From NCBI GenBank assembly GCA_037447365.1, contig JBBIGU010000001.1, positions 9,670 to 73,669 of the forward strand: a stretch of DNA of 64,000 bases. Reading direction: 5' to 3'. This stretch comes from Candidatus Peregrinibacteria bacterium. Lineage in GTDB: Bacteria > Patescibacteriota > Gracilibacteria > UBA1369 > UBA12463. Below, piece after piece: positions 41,152-49,336 of this stretch (position 1 is the stretch's first letter; every line of letters starts with the position of its first letter). Under the pieces are notes generated by a model. That model did not search any database and was not told the origin of the DNA. It saw nothing but the letters and a program-made list of their open reading frames with translations. Made by a program: the position numbers and the translations under genes.

Positions 41152-43497
41152 CTAGACACTACAAGCTGAAAACCCACAACTCAAACAGAGCATGCATCCT
41201 TCAGCAATCTGAACCTGACCCTGACACTCAGGGCACTCCTTGTTGATAATGAGTTCGGCTTTCGATTTAATTTTTTGATGAGGACGTGTCGACTGAATTT
41301 CGAGATCGTTCAATTTTGCTGTCACAGCGCTCGTTGCACTGACCATAACGGGTGGTGGGGGAATGAACTCGGCCGCGCGATGTTCGATAGGTGTTGGAAC
41401 GGGTGCGGGTGCAGGCAGCTCCGTCTTCGACTTTGCTGTGTTGTTAACCTTTCCAATATTAAGAACTTGATTGTCTCGTGAGCCATCTCGGTAAATAGTT
41501 ACTCCTTTGCAGTTGAGATCGTAGGCGAGCATATAAGCTTTTTCGACATCCTGCATTGATGCTGAATTTGGGAAGTTGATCGTTTTGGAAACGGAGGCGC
41601 AGATGTTTTTTTGAAATGCCGCCTGCATCCGGATGTGATTTTCTGGAGAAATGTCTTGTGCGGTAACGAAGACTCGTCGTACGTCTGCTGGAATTTCTTC
41701 GGTGAATCCCTGGATGGTTCCAACCTTGGCAATTTCTGCCATGAGATCTTTTGAGTAGAAGCCTCGTTCGCGTGCCACTTCTTCGAAGTAGGTGTTGGTA
41801 TATACGAGCTCGGTGTTGTCCATCATGTTCTTGATGAACGAGATGGCAAAATTCGGTTCAAGTCCTCCACTAGCCTCTGCAAGCATACCGATCGTTCCAG
41901 TTGGAGCGACAGTAGTGAGGTAGGAGTTGCGGACTTTGATACCTCGTTTTTCCCAAGTTGAACCTTTGTATGCACCGAATGTTCCTCGAGTTTTTGCGAG
42001 CTGTACAGATGTTTCAATGGCTGCATCTCGAATAAACTTCATCATTTCTTCGCCTTTTTTGAAACCCTCTTCTGAATCGTATGGGATCATGAGTTGGTAG
42101 AGCGCGTCTGCAAATCCCATGACGCCAAGTCCAATGCGTCGAGTGTTTTTCGACATCTCTTCAATTTGAGGAATAGGGTACTTGTTCATGTCGATCACGT
42201 TGTCGAGAAAGTGTGTCGTTATAGCAACAACTTCTCGAAGATGATCCCAGTCGAAGTCTTTTTTGTCTGGACGAATAAATCGATTTACGGCGATCGATCC
42301 GAGATTACACGAGTCGTATGCGAGGAGGTCTTGTTCGCCACATGGATTCGTTGCCTCGATCTCCCCGAGATGAGGTACAGGATTCGTGGCATTCATATTG
42401 TCGATGAAAACGAGACCTGGATCACCATTGAGCCATGCATTACTAATAATGAGATTAAAAACCTCTCGAGCTCGGAGCTGTTTGATAGCTGTCTTTGTTC
42501 GAGGATTGATGAGGTCATAGGTCGTATCTCGCTTGAGAGCTTCCATAAATTTTGCTGTGATACCGACGGAAATGTTGAAGTTCGTAAGAGTTTTCATGTC
42601 TGCCTTGCAGGTGATGAACTCGAGAACATCTGGATGATCAACGCGAAGGATTCCCATGTTTGCGCCACGTCGCTTGCCTCCTTGTTTGATTTCCTGTGTC
42701 GCAGCGTCGAAGATTTTCATGAAAGAAACTGGACCGGATGCTACTCCAGATGTCGACTTTACCATGTCGTTTGATGGTCTTAGACGCGAGAAAGCGAATC
42801 CTGTTCCGCCACCAGATTTGTGAATAATGGCTTGGTATTTGAGTGCATCGAAAATCCCTTCAATTGAGTCTGGGACTGGTAAAACAAAGCATGCTGAAAG
42901 TTGCTGAATCTCTGTTCCTGCGTTCATGATCGTTGGCGTGTTTGGCATGAACTCGAGGTTTGCCATCACGTCATAAAACTTCCGTGCAGTTTCTTCATAT
43001 TGTTCTTGTGTTGCTCCATAGTTTTTGTCGGCGAGGGCGATATTGTTGGCGATTCGTTCGACAAGTTGTCGTGGCGTTTCTTTGATCTCGCCGTTTTCAT
43101 CTCGTAGCAAATAGCGTCGCTTGAGCACTTCGAGGGCATTGTTGGAAAAGTTCAGTCGCTCGTCGGCATTTCCCTTGCCAAGAATAGACTCGGTCTGTTC
43201 GCGTTCCTGTGTTTGTTTGGCTCTATAAAGAATATAGGCCTTTGCGGTTTTGGCGTGACCTCCTTCGATCAATATCTTTTCAACGAGGTCCTGAATTTGT
43301 TCAACCGTTGGAATCTCATCTGGCCCTTTGAAAAAAACTTCAATGACGGCTGTGACTTGATTGGCGATTCTTTCAGCAATACTTCGATCCGTTCCACCAA
43401 CCGTCTCAGCTGCTTTCCAGATTGCTTCTGCGATTTTGGATTGATCGAAATCAACGATACGACCATCCCGTTTCTTGATGTTTTTTATTTGTGCCAT
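41152..43497 (-). CDS. nrdJ: adenosylcobalamin-dependent ribonucleoside-diphosphate reductase (class II, dimeric NrdJ type) with an ATP-cone and a C-terminal Cys-rich tail
   Basis: ATP-cone N-terminus (IKKRDGRIVDFDQSKIAEAI), the TNPCGEQ thiyl-radical loop, and SKTINFP. The C-terminus is CPECQGQVQIAEGCMLCLSCGFSACSV. Confidence 0.9.
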   Translation of the reverse strand: MAQIKNIKKRDGRIVDFDQSKIAEAIWKAAETVGGTDRSIAERIANQVTAVIEVFFKGPDEIPTVEQIQDLVEKILIEGGHAKTAKAYILYRAKQTQEREQTESILGKGNADERLNFSNNALEVLKRRYLLRDENGEIKETPRQLVERIANNIALADKNYGATQEQYEETARKFYDVMANLEFMPNTPTIMNAGTEIQQLSACFVLPVPDSIEGIFDALKYQAIIHKSGGGTGFAFSRLRPSNDMVKSTSGVASGPVSFMKIFDAATQEIKQGGKRRGANMGILRVDHPDVLEFITCKADMKTLTNFNISVGITAKFMEALKRDTTYDLINPRTKTAIKQLRAREVFNLIISNAWLNGDPGLVFIDNMNATNPVPHLGEIEATNPCGEQDLLAYDSCNLGSIAVNRFIRPDKKDFDWDHLREVVAITTHFLDNVIDMNKYPIPQIEEMSKNTRRIGLGVMGFADALYQLMIPYDSEEGFKKGEEMMKFIRDAAIETSVQLAKTRGTFGAYKGSTWEKRGIKVRNSYLTTVAPTGTIGMLAEASGGLEPNFAISFIKNMMDNTELVYTNTYFEEVARERGFYSKDLMAEIAKVGTIQGFTEEIPADVRRVFVTAQDISPENHIRMQAAFQKNICASVSKTINFPNSASMQDVEKAYMLAYDLNCKGVTIYRDGSRDNQVLNIGKVNNTAKSKTELPAPAPVPTPIEHRAAEFIPPPPVMVSATSAVTAKLNDLEIQSTRPHQKIKSKAELIINKECPECQGQVQIAEGCMLCLSCGFSACSV

Positions 43498-43523
43498 AGG
43501 AGTATGGGTAAAATGTGTGCGTA

Positions 43524-45899
43524 TTAGCTGATTTCACAAGCGCCTCCGGCGCAAGCGAGCTCTTTCGAACCTTGTGTCTGATCTTCTCGTTCATAAGCAA
43601 CAATCTTTGAGAAGTCGACCTTTGGGAACTTTTTCATCATCGTCTCGTACTGCTCCTCAGTAATTTCCTCGTATGGAGCGAGTCGGTAGACGTGATTGGA
43701 TCGTGGAAGGAATGAGAGACCTCCGATCATATCCCAGTTTTCGTAGAGCCAGTTGGCAACATTGATCCACTCATCTTCTCCGACAGAAATTGTGACCGAA
43801 GGGTTGTGTTCGGTGAACGCCTCCTTGACCATTTTCCAGTAGTTGAGTTGTTCGAGAGCTGTCTGATCGTTTTTGTAGATAGACTTTTCTGGGGCTTTGA
43901 CAGGGAATTCGAGTACGTATGTCACAGCATTTTCTGCAGACTGTCCGACCTCTGGGTGGTACGGAACACCCTGATCTCGCATCATCTTGAAAAGGCTATC
44001 TGTAGCGGAAATTCGGATGCGTCGGATATAGTATTGTGAGTTTCGTGGGTGCATGCCTGATGATGCATCGACGAGTTGCGAAACTGTTCCTGATGGCTTA
44101 ACCGCAGTGACTGACGCTGAAGGATTGATGCCAAATCGCTTTGCGTATTCTTTGTTGACGTTGACTGCCTCATCCTTGAGTTTTGCCATGAGGACTGGAT
44201 CGCGGACTACCTTGCAGTCCCACTGACCAGTGATTGAAACTCCGAGAAGTCGCTCTCCTTCGCAGTTTTCTTTCCATTCTTTAGAAAGGTAGGCGAAGTT
44301 GGTGAGTGATGATTGATAGGTTCCAATAATAGATGCGAGTCGAGCCTTCTTCATAAGTGTCGCTTCGGTATCTTCTGATCGAGCAACGATCTCTGAGAGG
44401 TTACAGAACTGTTTTGATTTCAAAATAATTTCTCCACATGGATTGGTTCCGCAGGTATCCATGTCTTTTTCGAATGTCTTCCATCGTCGCTCTGGGATCT
44501 GGTTTGCGAGTGATCCTCGGTTGAAGATTCCGCGTTCTCCAGAACCACCTTTCATGAGCGAGACCCACTCGTCGAGGAAGGCAGCATTTGAAGGTTTGTC
44601 CCAATAGACAGCTGAGTTGTTGGACATCATTCGCTGCGGATCGGTGAGATAGAACTGACCATCCTTAGCATGTCGCATGTCGTGATCGTCGAGATCTGAA
44701 AGTGAAATAAGGGCACTTCGTCGAACTCCACCAGAAACAACCACTTCACCAATTTTACAAATAATATCGTGAAGGTCGAGGTTAGAGAGACGTCGTCCCT
44801 GCTTCTTCATAATGCGCTGTCGTGAAAAGTCGATCAGTGAAATAAGTGGCTCTGGACCTGAGCTTTTGCCACCCATCGTTTCGAGACGTGCACCTGCTGG
44901 TCGAAGTTTACTGTAATCAAATTTGATATCTCCACCGCTGAACCATGTGTTAAGACCGAGAACATATGCGTCAGCCCATCCTTCCTTACTATCTTCAACA
45001 ACGTGCGTTGTAACTTCTCTTCCTGGTTGTTGTTTTTTGATCTGTGGAAGTGATTGTGCGCTCTGACTTTCGACAGAGTAACCAACTCCTGTTCCGCACA
45101 TGAGGAGGTACATGATCTCACCCAAGTCCTGAAGACATGAAGGTGCGATATATGAGCAGTTGTAGCCAGCGACGTTTGACTTTCGCGCAGCATCTCCTGC
45201 AGCCCAAAGAAGGCGCATAGAAGGCATAACTTCTTGTTTGAGAATAGCCTCTCGGATCTCGGTGTATTCCGCTACCGTGAGCTTGTCTCCGAGGTTTTCC
45301 TTCATGAAATTCATGTAACGATCGACGGTTTCGATCCACGTTTCACGTCGTCCTTCCTTTGGCATCCATCGTGAGTATGTTCGGTAGTAAACGAACTCAG
45401 AAAGGGGATTTCGGAAGTATTTTTTTCCTTCGTTGACGAGCGCTTTTACTTCTTCTGGAATCTCGCTCTGTTTTTCACGAGCACGAGTTCGCTCCTCTCT
45501 ATATAGGATGTACGCTTTTGCGGTTGCTGGAAATTCCTCCATGATGAGTTCTCGTTCGACGACATCCTGGATTCCTTCAACAGTTGGAATGAAGTCTTTC
45601 ACGATTCTTCCGATTCTCTTGAGCTCAGACTCTACTTTTCGTGCGATATAGTCGGATTCACGTCGTCCTCCTTCTTTCGTTGTCTCCATGGCCTTTGCCA
45701 CTGCTCGTGCGATCGCATCTCGATCGAATGGCGAGATGGTACCGTCACGCTTTCGTACACTGACAATGGAAGGTGTTTTGACTTCTGTGGCCTCTGGTCG
45801 GGCATGCGAAGTGATAACTTCTGTCGTCGTTGTTGATGTGGTAACCGGTGTAGTAGTGGTTGTTCCGGCATTAGCGACCGGATCTTTTGTCTGAACCAT
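43524..45899 (-). CDS. class II ribonucleotide reductase of the monomeric RTPR (Lactobacillus leichmannii) type, with an added N-terminal ATP-cone
   Basis: YYRTYSRWMPKEGRRETWIETVDR, GTNPCGEIILKSKQFCNL and the C-terminal CAGGACEIS. These resemble my recollection of the RTPR sequence (TYARWLPEKGRSENWDETV; GTNPCGEISL; CEGGACPIK). A T-rich low-complexity leader and an ATP-cone (VRKRDGTISPFDRDAIARAV) precede it. Confidence 0.85.
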   Translation of the reverse strand: MVQTKDPVANAGTTTTTPVTTSTTTTEVITSHARPEATEVKTPSIVSVRKRDGTISPFDRDAIARAVAKAMETTKEGGRRESDYIARKVESELKRIGRIVKDFIPTVEGIQDVVERELIMEEFPATAKAYILYREERTRAREKQSEIPEEVKALVNEGKKYFRNPLSEFVYYRTYSRWMPKEGRRETWIETVDRYMNFMKENLGDKLTVAEYTEIREAILKQEVMPSMRLLWAAGDAARKSNVAGYNCSYIAPSCLQDLGEIMYLLMCGTGVGYSVESQSAQSLPQIKKQQPGREVTTHVVEDSKEGWADAYVLGLNTWFSGGDIKFDYSKLRPAGARLETMGGKSSGPEPLISLIDFSRQRIMKKQGRRLSNLDLHDIICKIGEVVVSGGVRRSALISLSDLDDHDMRHAKDGQFYLTDPQRMMSNNSAVYWDKPSNAAFLDEWVSLMKGGSGERGIFNRGSLANQIPERRWKTFEKDMDTCGTNPCGEIILKSKQFCNLSEIVARSEDTEATLMKKARLASIIGTYQSSLTNFAYLSKEWKENCEGERLLGVSITGQWDCKVVRDPVLMAKLKDEAVNVNKEYAKRFGINPSASVTAVKPSGTVSQLVDASSGMHPRNSQYYIRRIRISATDSLFKMMRDQGVPYHPEVGQSAENAVTYVLEFPVKAPEKSIYKNDQTALEQLNYWKMVKEAFTEHNPSVTISVGEDEWINVANWLYENWDMIGGLSFLPRSNHVYRLAPYEEITEEQYETMMKKFPKVDFSKIVAYEREDQTQGSKELACAGGACEIS

Positions 45900-46059
45900 G
45901 AGAGTGAAAGATAAAGGGGGAAATAATAATGGATGAAACCGAATTTCTCGTCGAAATTCAGTACAAACGGATGAAGAAACGAATGTCTTCTTGTAGGTTT
46001 CATCTTAGAATTTGGAACCTTTCTTATCAATGGATTGTGTCACATTGTTATTGCTCCTC

Positions 46060-46075
46060 TTGGAATATGTAGTGT
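46060..46075 (-). promoter_or_regulatory. NrdR-box-like site (proximal)
   Basis: The minus strand reads ACACTACATATTCCAA: 11 of 16 positions match the consensus acaCwAtATaTwGtgt, and the left half is perfect. Confidence 0.4.
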
Positions 46076-46091
46076 TATTCAAAATTTTAAC

Positions 46092-46107
46092 CTACTACAT
46101 ATAGTAT
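46092..46107 (-). promoter_or_regulatory. NrdR-box-like site (distal)
   Basis: The minus strand reads ATACTATATGTAGTAG: 12 of 16 consensus positions. It starts exactly 32 bp from the proximal box, about three helical turns. Confidence 0.5.
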
Positions 46108-46221
46108 ATGCATATCAAGGAAGCATACACTACTGGAATGAAATGTGAAGAGAGAATTATGACTATGAATTGACCTTTGATCGTATGTATTTTCGTGTAT
46201 TTTTTTCGCCGCGAAAATATG

Positions 46222-46252
46222 GGATTCAGAGCCAAGGAACTCATCTGAATCC
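46222..46252 (-). terminator. candidate intrinsic terminator after the ferredoxin gene
   Basis: GGATTCAGA-13 nt-TCTGAATCC, followed on the minus strand by CATATTTT. It begins 21 nt after the ferredoxin stop. Confidence 0.45.
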
Positions 46253-46272
46253 TGCTGTCAAATTTTTCGCAC

Positions 46273-46551
46273 TTATTGTTGTGGATAGATCTGTTTTCCT
46301 TCTTTATACAATTTGATGGCGAGGACTGGGCAGGCCTCGGCTGCCATCTTGATCGTTTCTTCGTCTGTTGAATCTGGATCGACGACGTAGGCCTTTCCCT
46401 GTTCTTCGTCGAGTTGAAATACGCCTGGGGCGACTGCAACGCATGGTGCTGCGCCAATACAGAGCTTACGGTCAACGACGATCTTCATTGCTGGTTTCTG
46501 TGTTGTTTCTCCTTCTGAGCTGTCTCCGAGCTGTACTGGTACTTCTGCCAT
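46273..46551 (-). CDS. single-cluster ferredoxin
   Basis: 92 aa: VDRKLCIGAAPCVAVAPGVFQLDEE ... AAEACPVLAI, a Cx4-5C...CP pattern typical of small 3Fe/4Fe ferredoxins. Confidence 0.8.
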   Translation of the reverse strand: MAEVPVQLGDSSEGETTQKPAMKIVVDRKLCIGAAPCVAVAPGVFQLDEEQGKAYVVDPDSTDEETIKMAAEACPVLAIKLYKEGKQIYPQQ

Positions 46552-46718
46552 GGTAATAGGGGATTATGGTATGGGTCGTTTTGATGCGGCGGTGTGCGTG
46601 TTATCGTGCTTTTAATGCGCTTTTGTGCCGCGCTTCGAAATACTAGCGCGAGTTCGACGTTGAGTCTAGGGGTAGTGGAGTGGGCACTAGCGATAGCGAT
46701 TGGGCTCATGTACAGATT

Positions 46719-47573
46719 TTATCTGCTTCTCCTCATTTTCTTCTCCCAATACCGTCGATCCACGTGGTGCGCCAATGTATGATGGCCTTTGCACAGTGGT
46801 GCGAGGTAGTGAGGATCATGAGTTTTGGCTATGGAGAATCGTTGGGTGTGATGGACTTCTTCGGATGACTTGTGACACGTCGCGATCGAGCACTTGGTGC
46901 CGTGTTCTTCTGCGATAATTCTTCTCGTGCGTGCGGGTATATAGCGTGAATTTATTTTTTCGCATTCCTCTGCAATATTCTCTTTTTCTTGTGCGATCTT
47001 TTCTTCACGTTCCTTGATGGCATTGAGGATAATTTTGTTGATGTCTATGCCCTTGATATGAAGTTCTTCGAGTTTTTTCTGGACTTCTGGAGCAAGTTGA
47101 AAAGTACAAGTCTGCACGTGCAGACCTTGAGAAAATATTTCTGTATTCTGGCAATTTTCCGATTGTGCTGCTTTTACGTCCCGCACATATGTTTCCAGTG
47201 CTTCACGTGGAAGTATTTTTGCAGTTTCCATAAGCTCTTCTGCATTTTCTATGGTTGCAATTGAAGCCACTCGCGCGAGTTTGTTTGCGCTAACTTCACC
47301 ACTAATGAGCGCTTGATGCAGTGCCGGCTTATCTTCGAAGCGCCGTTCGAGGTTCAGGATCAGGCGAACCTGTTCTTCACTCACACCACCAACCTTAAAC
47401 GCGAATACAAAGATTGATGAGCAGCCCTGTTTCTCATACAACTTCCGTCGATGAATCTCAGGCAATAACCCTAGAAATCTATTTCTCCAGTTGCGTGCCT
47501 CTTCACCGTATCTCACGGCGGTAGATAGGAGCTGCATGTCGGACCAGTTACTCAGATTGGGCAAATTTTCCAT
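46719..47573 (-). CDS. HNH endonuclease domain protein (DUF222-like N-terminus)
   Basis: C-terminal HNH: CSIATCHKSSEEVHHTQRF ... LAPLCKGHHTLAHH. Confidence 0.75.
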   Translation of the reverse strand: MENLPNLSNWSDMQLLSTAVRYGEEARNWRNRFLGLLPEIHRRKLYEKQGCSSIFVFAFKVGGVSEEQVRLILNLERRFEDKPALHQALISGEVSANKLARVASIATIENAEELMETAKILPREALETYVRDVKAAQSENCQNTEIFSQGLHVQTCTFQLAPEVQKKLEELHIKGIDINKIILNAIKEREEKIAQEKENIAEECEKINSRYIPARTRRIIAEEHGTKCSIATCHKSSEEVHHTQRFSIAKTHDPHYLAPLCKGHHTLAHHVDRRYWEKKMRRSR

Positions 47574-47835
47574 ACAGAATAAAAAGGTTACAAAAATAAA
47601 GGTGCCGGAGCGCCGAATACGCGATATGCGTACGAAGTTAGTGCTCTTTAGGCGAGTATTTTTGCGGGCCTTTTACTAGAATCTGGAACTGTGTGCCGCT
47701 AAATGAGAATGCGTAGGAAATCTATGGTGAAATTATACCTTAAATAAGCCGTAAATTACAGATTTCTATGTTGCGAATTTAAATGAGTTGTGGCGAAGAT
47801 AGCCATGAGCTCTGGCGGAATTTCTAAATCTACTT

Positions 47836-48381
47836 TTAACCCTTTTCATCAATAAGATAGAGTCGATTGTCCTCAACCTTATATAAGAGGGGAGCGACGA
47901 GAATTTTTGGATAACGGAGACGAAGGCGCTTCACCTCACTGAGAATGAAATCTACTTCGTTACCAATTTCAAACATCGGCGCGAAGTGGTCGAAATGCTC
48001 TTCTGCTGCGGCTTTTTCCCATCCAGCATTTTCCGCAAGACCTGCGATGAATTGCTCTTTGCGACTAATGAGATTTACCATCGCGCACTTGGTGTGGCCC
48101 ATCAGCGCGATCGTGTGAATATTTCCCACCGCAATGGCATACGAAACTTTGAACTCACTGTAGCGGAGATTCGCCCCACCCGCTCTCAAGATAAACGCAA
48201 AATTATCCGGAATATGCAGGTGCTTCCGATTGTCCATACACATGCCGATCAAGAGTTGCGCATTCGAGTAGGTCTCATGTTTCTTGTCGAGATTGTGATA
48301 TTCGAGAAGAAGCTCGATCGACGTTCCTCGATATTTCTCGGGAATGTCGGCGGTGGAGTTGATGGGGATGAGGCGGTGCAT
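47836..48381 (-). CDS. beta-carbonic-anhydrase-like protein
   Basis: CxDxR (GMCMDNR) and HxxC (GHTKCAM) zinc-ligand motifs at the appropriate spacing. Confidence 0.6.
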   Translation of the reverse strand: MHRLIPINSTADIPEKYRGTSIELLLEYHNLDKKHETYSNAQLLIGMCMDNRKHLHIPDNFAFILRAGGANLRYSEFKVSYAIAVGNIHTIALMGHTKCAMVNLISRKEQFIAGLAENAGWEKAAAEEHFDHFAPMFEIGNEVDFILSEVKRLRLRYPKILVAPLLYKVEDNRLYLIDEKG

Positions 48382-48383
48382 AA

Positions 48384-48845
48384 TTATTTGATTGAATCCA
48401 AAATTGCCTGTTCTAATTTCCTCGGTTCATCCGTGCCTATCCTATATATCTTCCCGTTTTTCAGCTGGATTTCAACGGCATCAAAACCGGAAACATTGTA
48501 AATGCACATCTTTGGCCACAGCCATCCTCGTATTCCCCATCCATAATACCAGTGATTCTTTACGGTTTTCGCGGACGTGATGTCGTGGAGCGAAAACTTT
48601 TTCCTATAGATACCGTAGCCGAATTTGATGTGTAGATATCTTTCATCAACCGTTACTTGAAGTGAGGTGAATGAGGCAAGAACAAACACAACGATCACCA
48701 TGATCGCCGTAACGAGAAAATTCGTACCTGAGTCGATCGAAGGTGGTTCAGCGCGTGCCGTCATTTGAGCCCACCCAAAAAGCGCTGCTATAGCGAGCGT
48801 AATAGTCAGCATGAGGTAGCCAATTTGGGTGTGTTTGTAGGGCAT
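48384..48845 (-). CDS. hypothetical membrane protein (two TM helices plus a small soluble domain)
   Basis: 153 aa, starting 2 nt upstream of the carbonic-anhydrase-like gene. No firm family. Confidence 0.6.
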   Translation of the reverse strand: MPYKHTQIGYLMLTITLAIAALFGWAQMTARAEPPSIDSGTNFLVTAIMVIVVFVLASFTSLQVTVDERYLHIKFGYGIYRKKFSLHDITSAKTVKNHWYYGWGIRGWLWPKMCIYNVSGFDAVEIQLKNGKIYRIGTDEPRKLEQAILDSIK

Positions 48846-48990
48846 AAATATTTACTGTATGTATCCGGTAATTTTAAATTTTTAAGGTCAATTAAAATAT
48901 CCGAATATAGTTGAAGTTGATTGATATGATAGTATCATGCTGATAAGCGTGTTGCTATCTGTTAACTCGCAAAATGCATTAAGTGCAAAA

Positions 48991-49018
48991 TTGACAAGCG
49001 TTAAATGCTTGATATACT
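48991..49018 (+). promoter_or_regulatory. candidate sigma-70 promoter
   Basis: TTGACA - 16 nt - TATACT in an AT-rich 490 bp intergenic region. Confidence 0.4.
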
Positions 49019-49049
49019 TGCCTGCAGTAGAAGCAAATTTAACTCTAAT

Positions 49050-49133
49050 ATGATCGATTCTGTTTTAAGCGCATCCTATTTTGGAATGATGATGAGCTCC
49101 ACGAACTTCGTGGTGAGCTCTTCTGGTGTCTAA
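49050..49133 (+). CDS. 27-codon candidate leader peptide (MIDSVLSASYFGMMMSSTNFVVSSSGV)
   Basis: ATG about 25 nt after the predicted TSS. The ORF carries three consecutive Met codons (49086-49094) and overlaps hairpin segments 1 and 2 of an attenuator-like structure. No clear SD. Confidence 0.3.
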   Translation: MIDSVLSASYFGMMMSSTNFVVSSSGV

Positions 49134-49160
49134 GGCAGAATAGAAGATTAATACTCACAT

Positions 49161-49194
49161 TCACGAAGTTCACAAGAACATCGTGAGTTTTTTT
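49161..49194 (+). terminator. candidate attenuator terminator
   Basis: TCACGA-14 nt-TCGTGA, then G and a run of 7 T. Its left arm can instead pair perfectly (10 bp) with 49103-49112. Confidence 0.4.
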
Positions 49195-49214
49195 ATGCAT
49201 AACTTTTATTTATA

Positions 49215-49334
49215 ATGAATTATTTACTGAGAGAGCATGTTCGATTGATTCGTAAAATAGCACGACTTGTTGATGCAAGTGCTGGAACCGTCATGCGATT
49301 TAAAAAAAGAATTTTAATAATTAATTATCTATAA
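49215..49334 (+). CDS. 39-codon ORF with a possible HTH-like segment
   Basis: MNYLLREHVRLIRKIARLVDASAGTVMRFKKRILIINYL. The stop is 2 nt before the next ATG. The region might instead be only promoter/UTR, since a TATAAT lies at 49211-49216. Confidence 0.25.
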   Translation: MNYLLREHVRLIRKIARLVDASAGTVMRFKKRILIINYL

Positions 49335-49336
49335 TA

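Noticed and set aside
41152-45899. Inteins or introns inside the RNR genes
   Set aside because: Both ORFs are continuous, of ordinary length, and show the conserved motifs in order, with no inserted block carrying Cys/Ser...HN splice junctions.
45900-46272. Cobalamin or purine/2'-deoxyguanosine riboswitch in the RNR leader
   Set aside because: No B12-box-like sequence is visible. The three-stem fold at 45932-46004 has no J3/1 joining region and lacks the conserved purine-riboswitch junction sequences.
45632-46475. Track ORFs 45632-46030 (132 aa) and 46095-46475 (126 aa) spanning the RNR leader
   Set aside because: They overlap the RNR N-terminus or the ferredoxin gene out of frame, and their translations are low-complexity. 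The region is better explained as terminator plus NrdR boxes plus leader.
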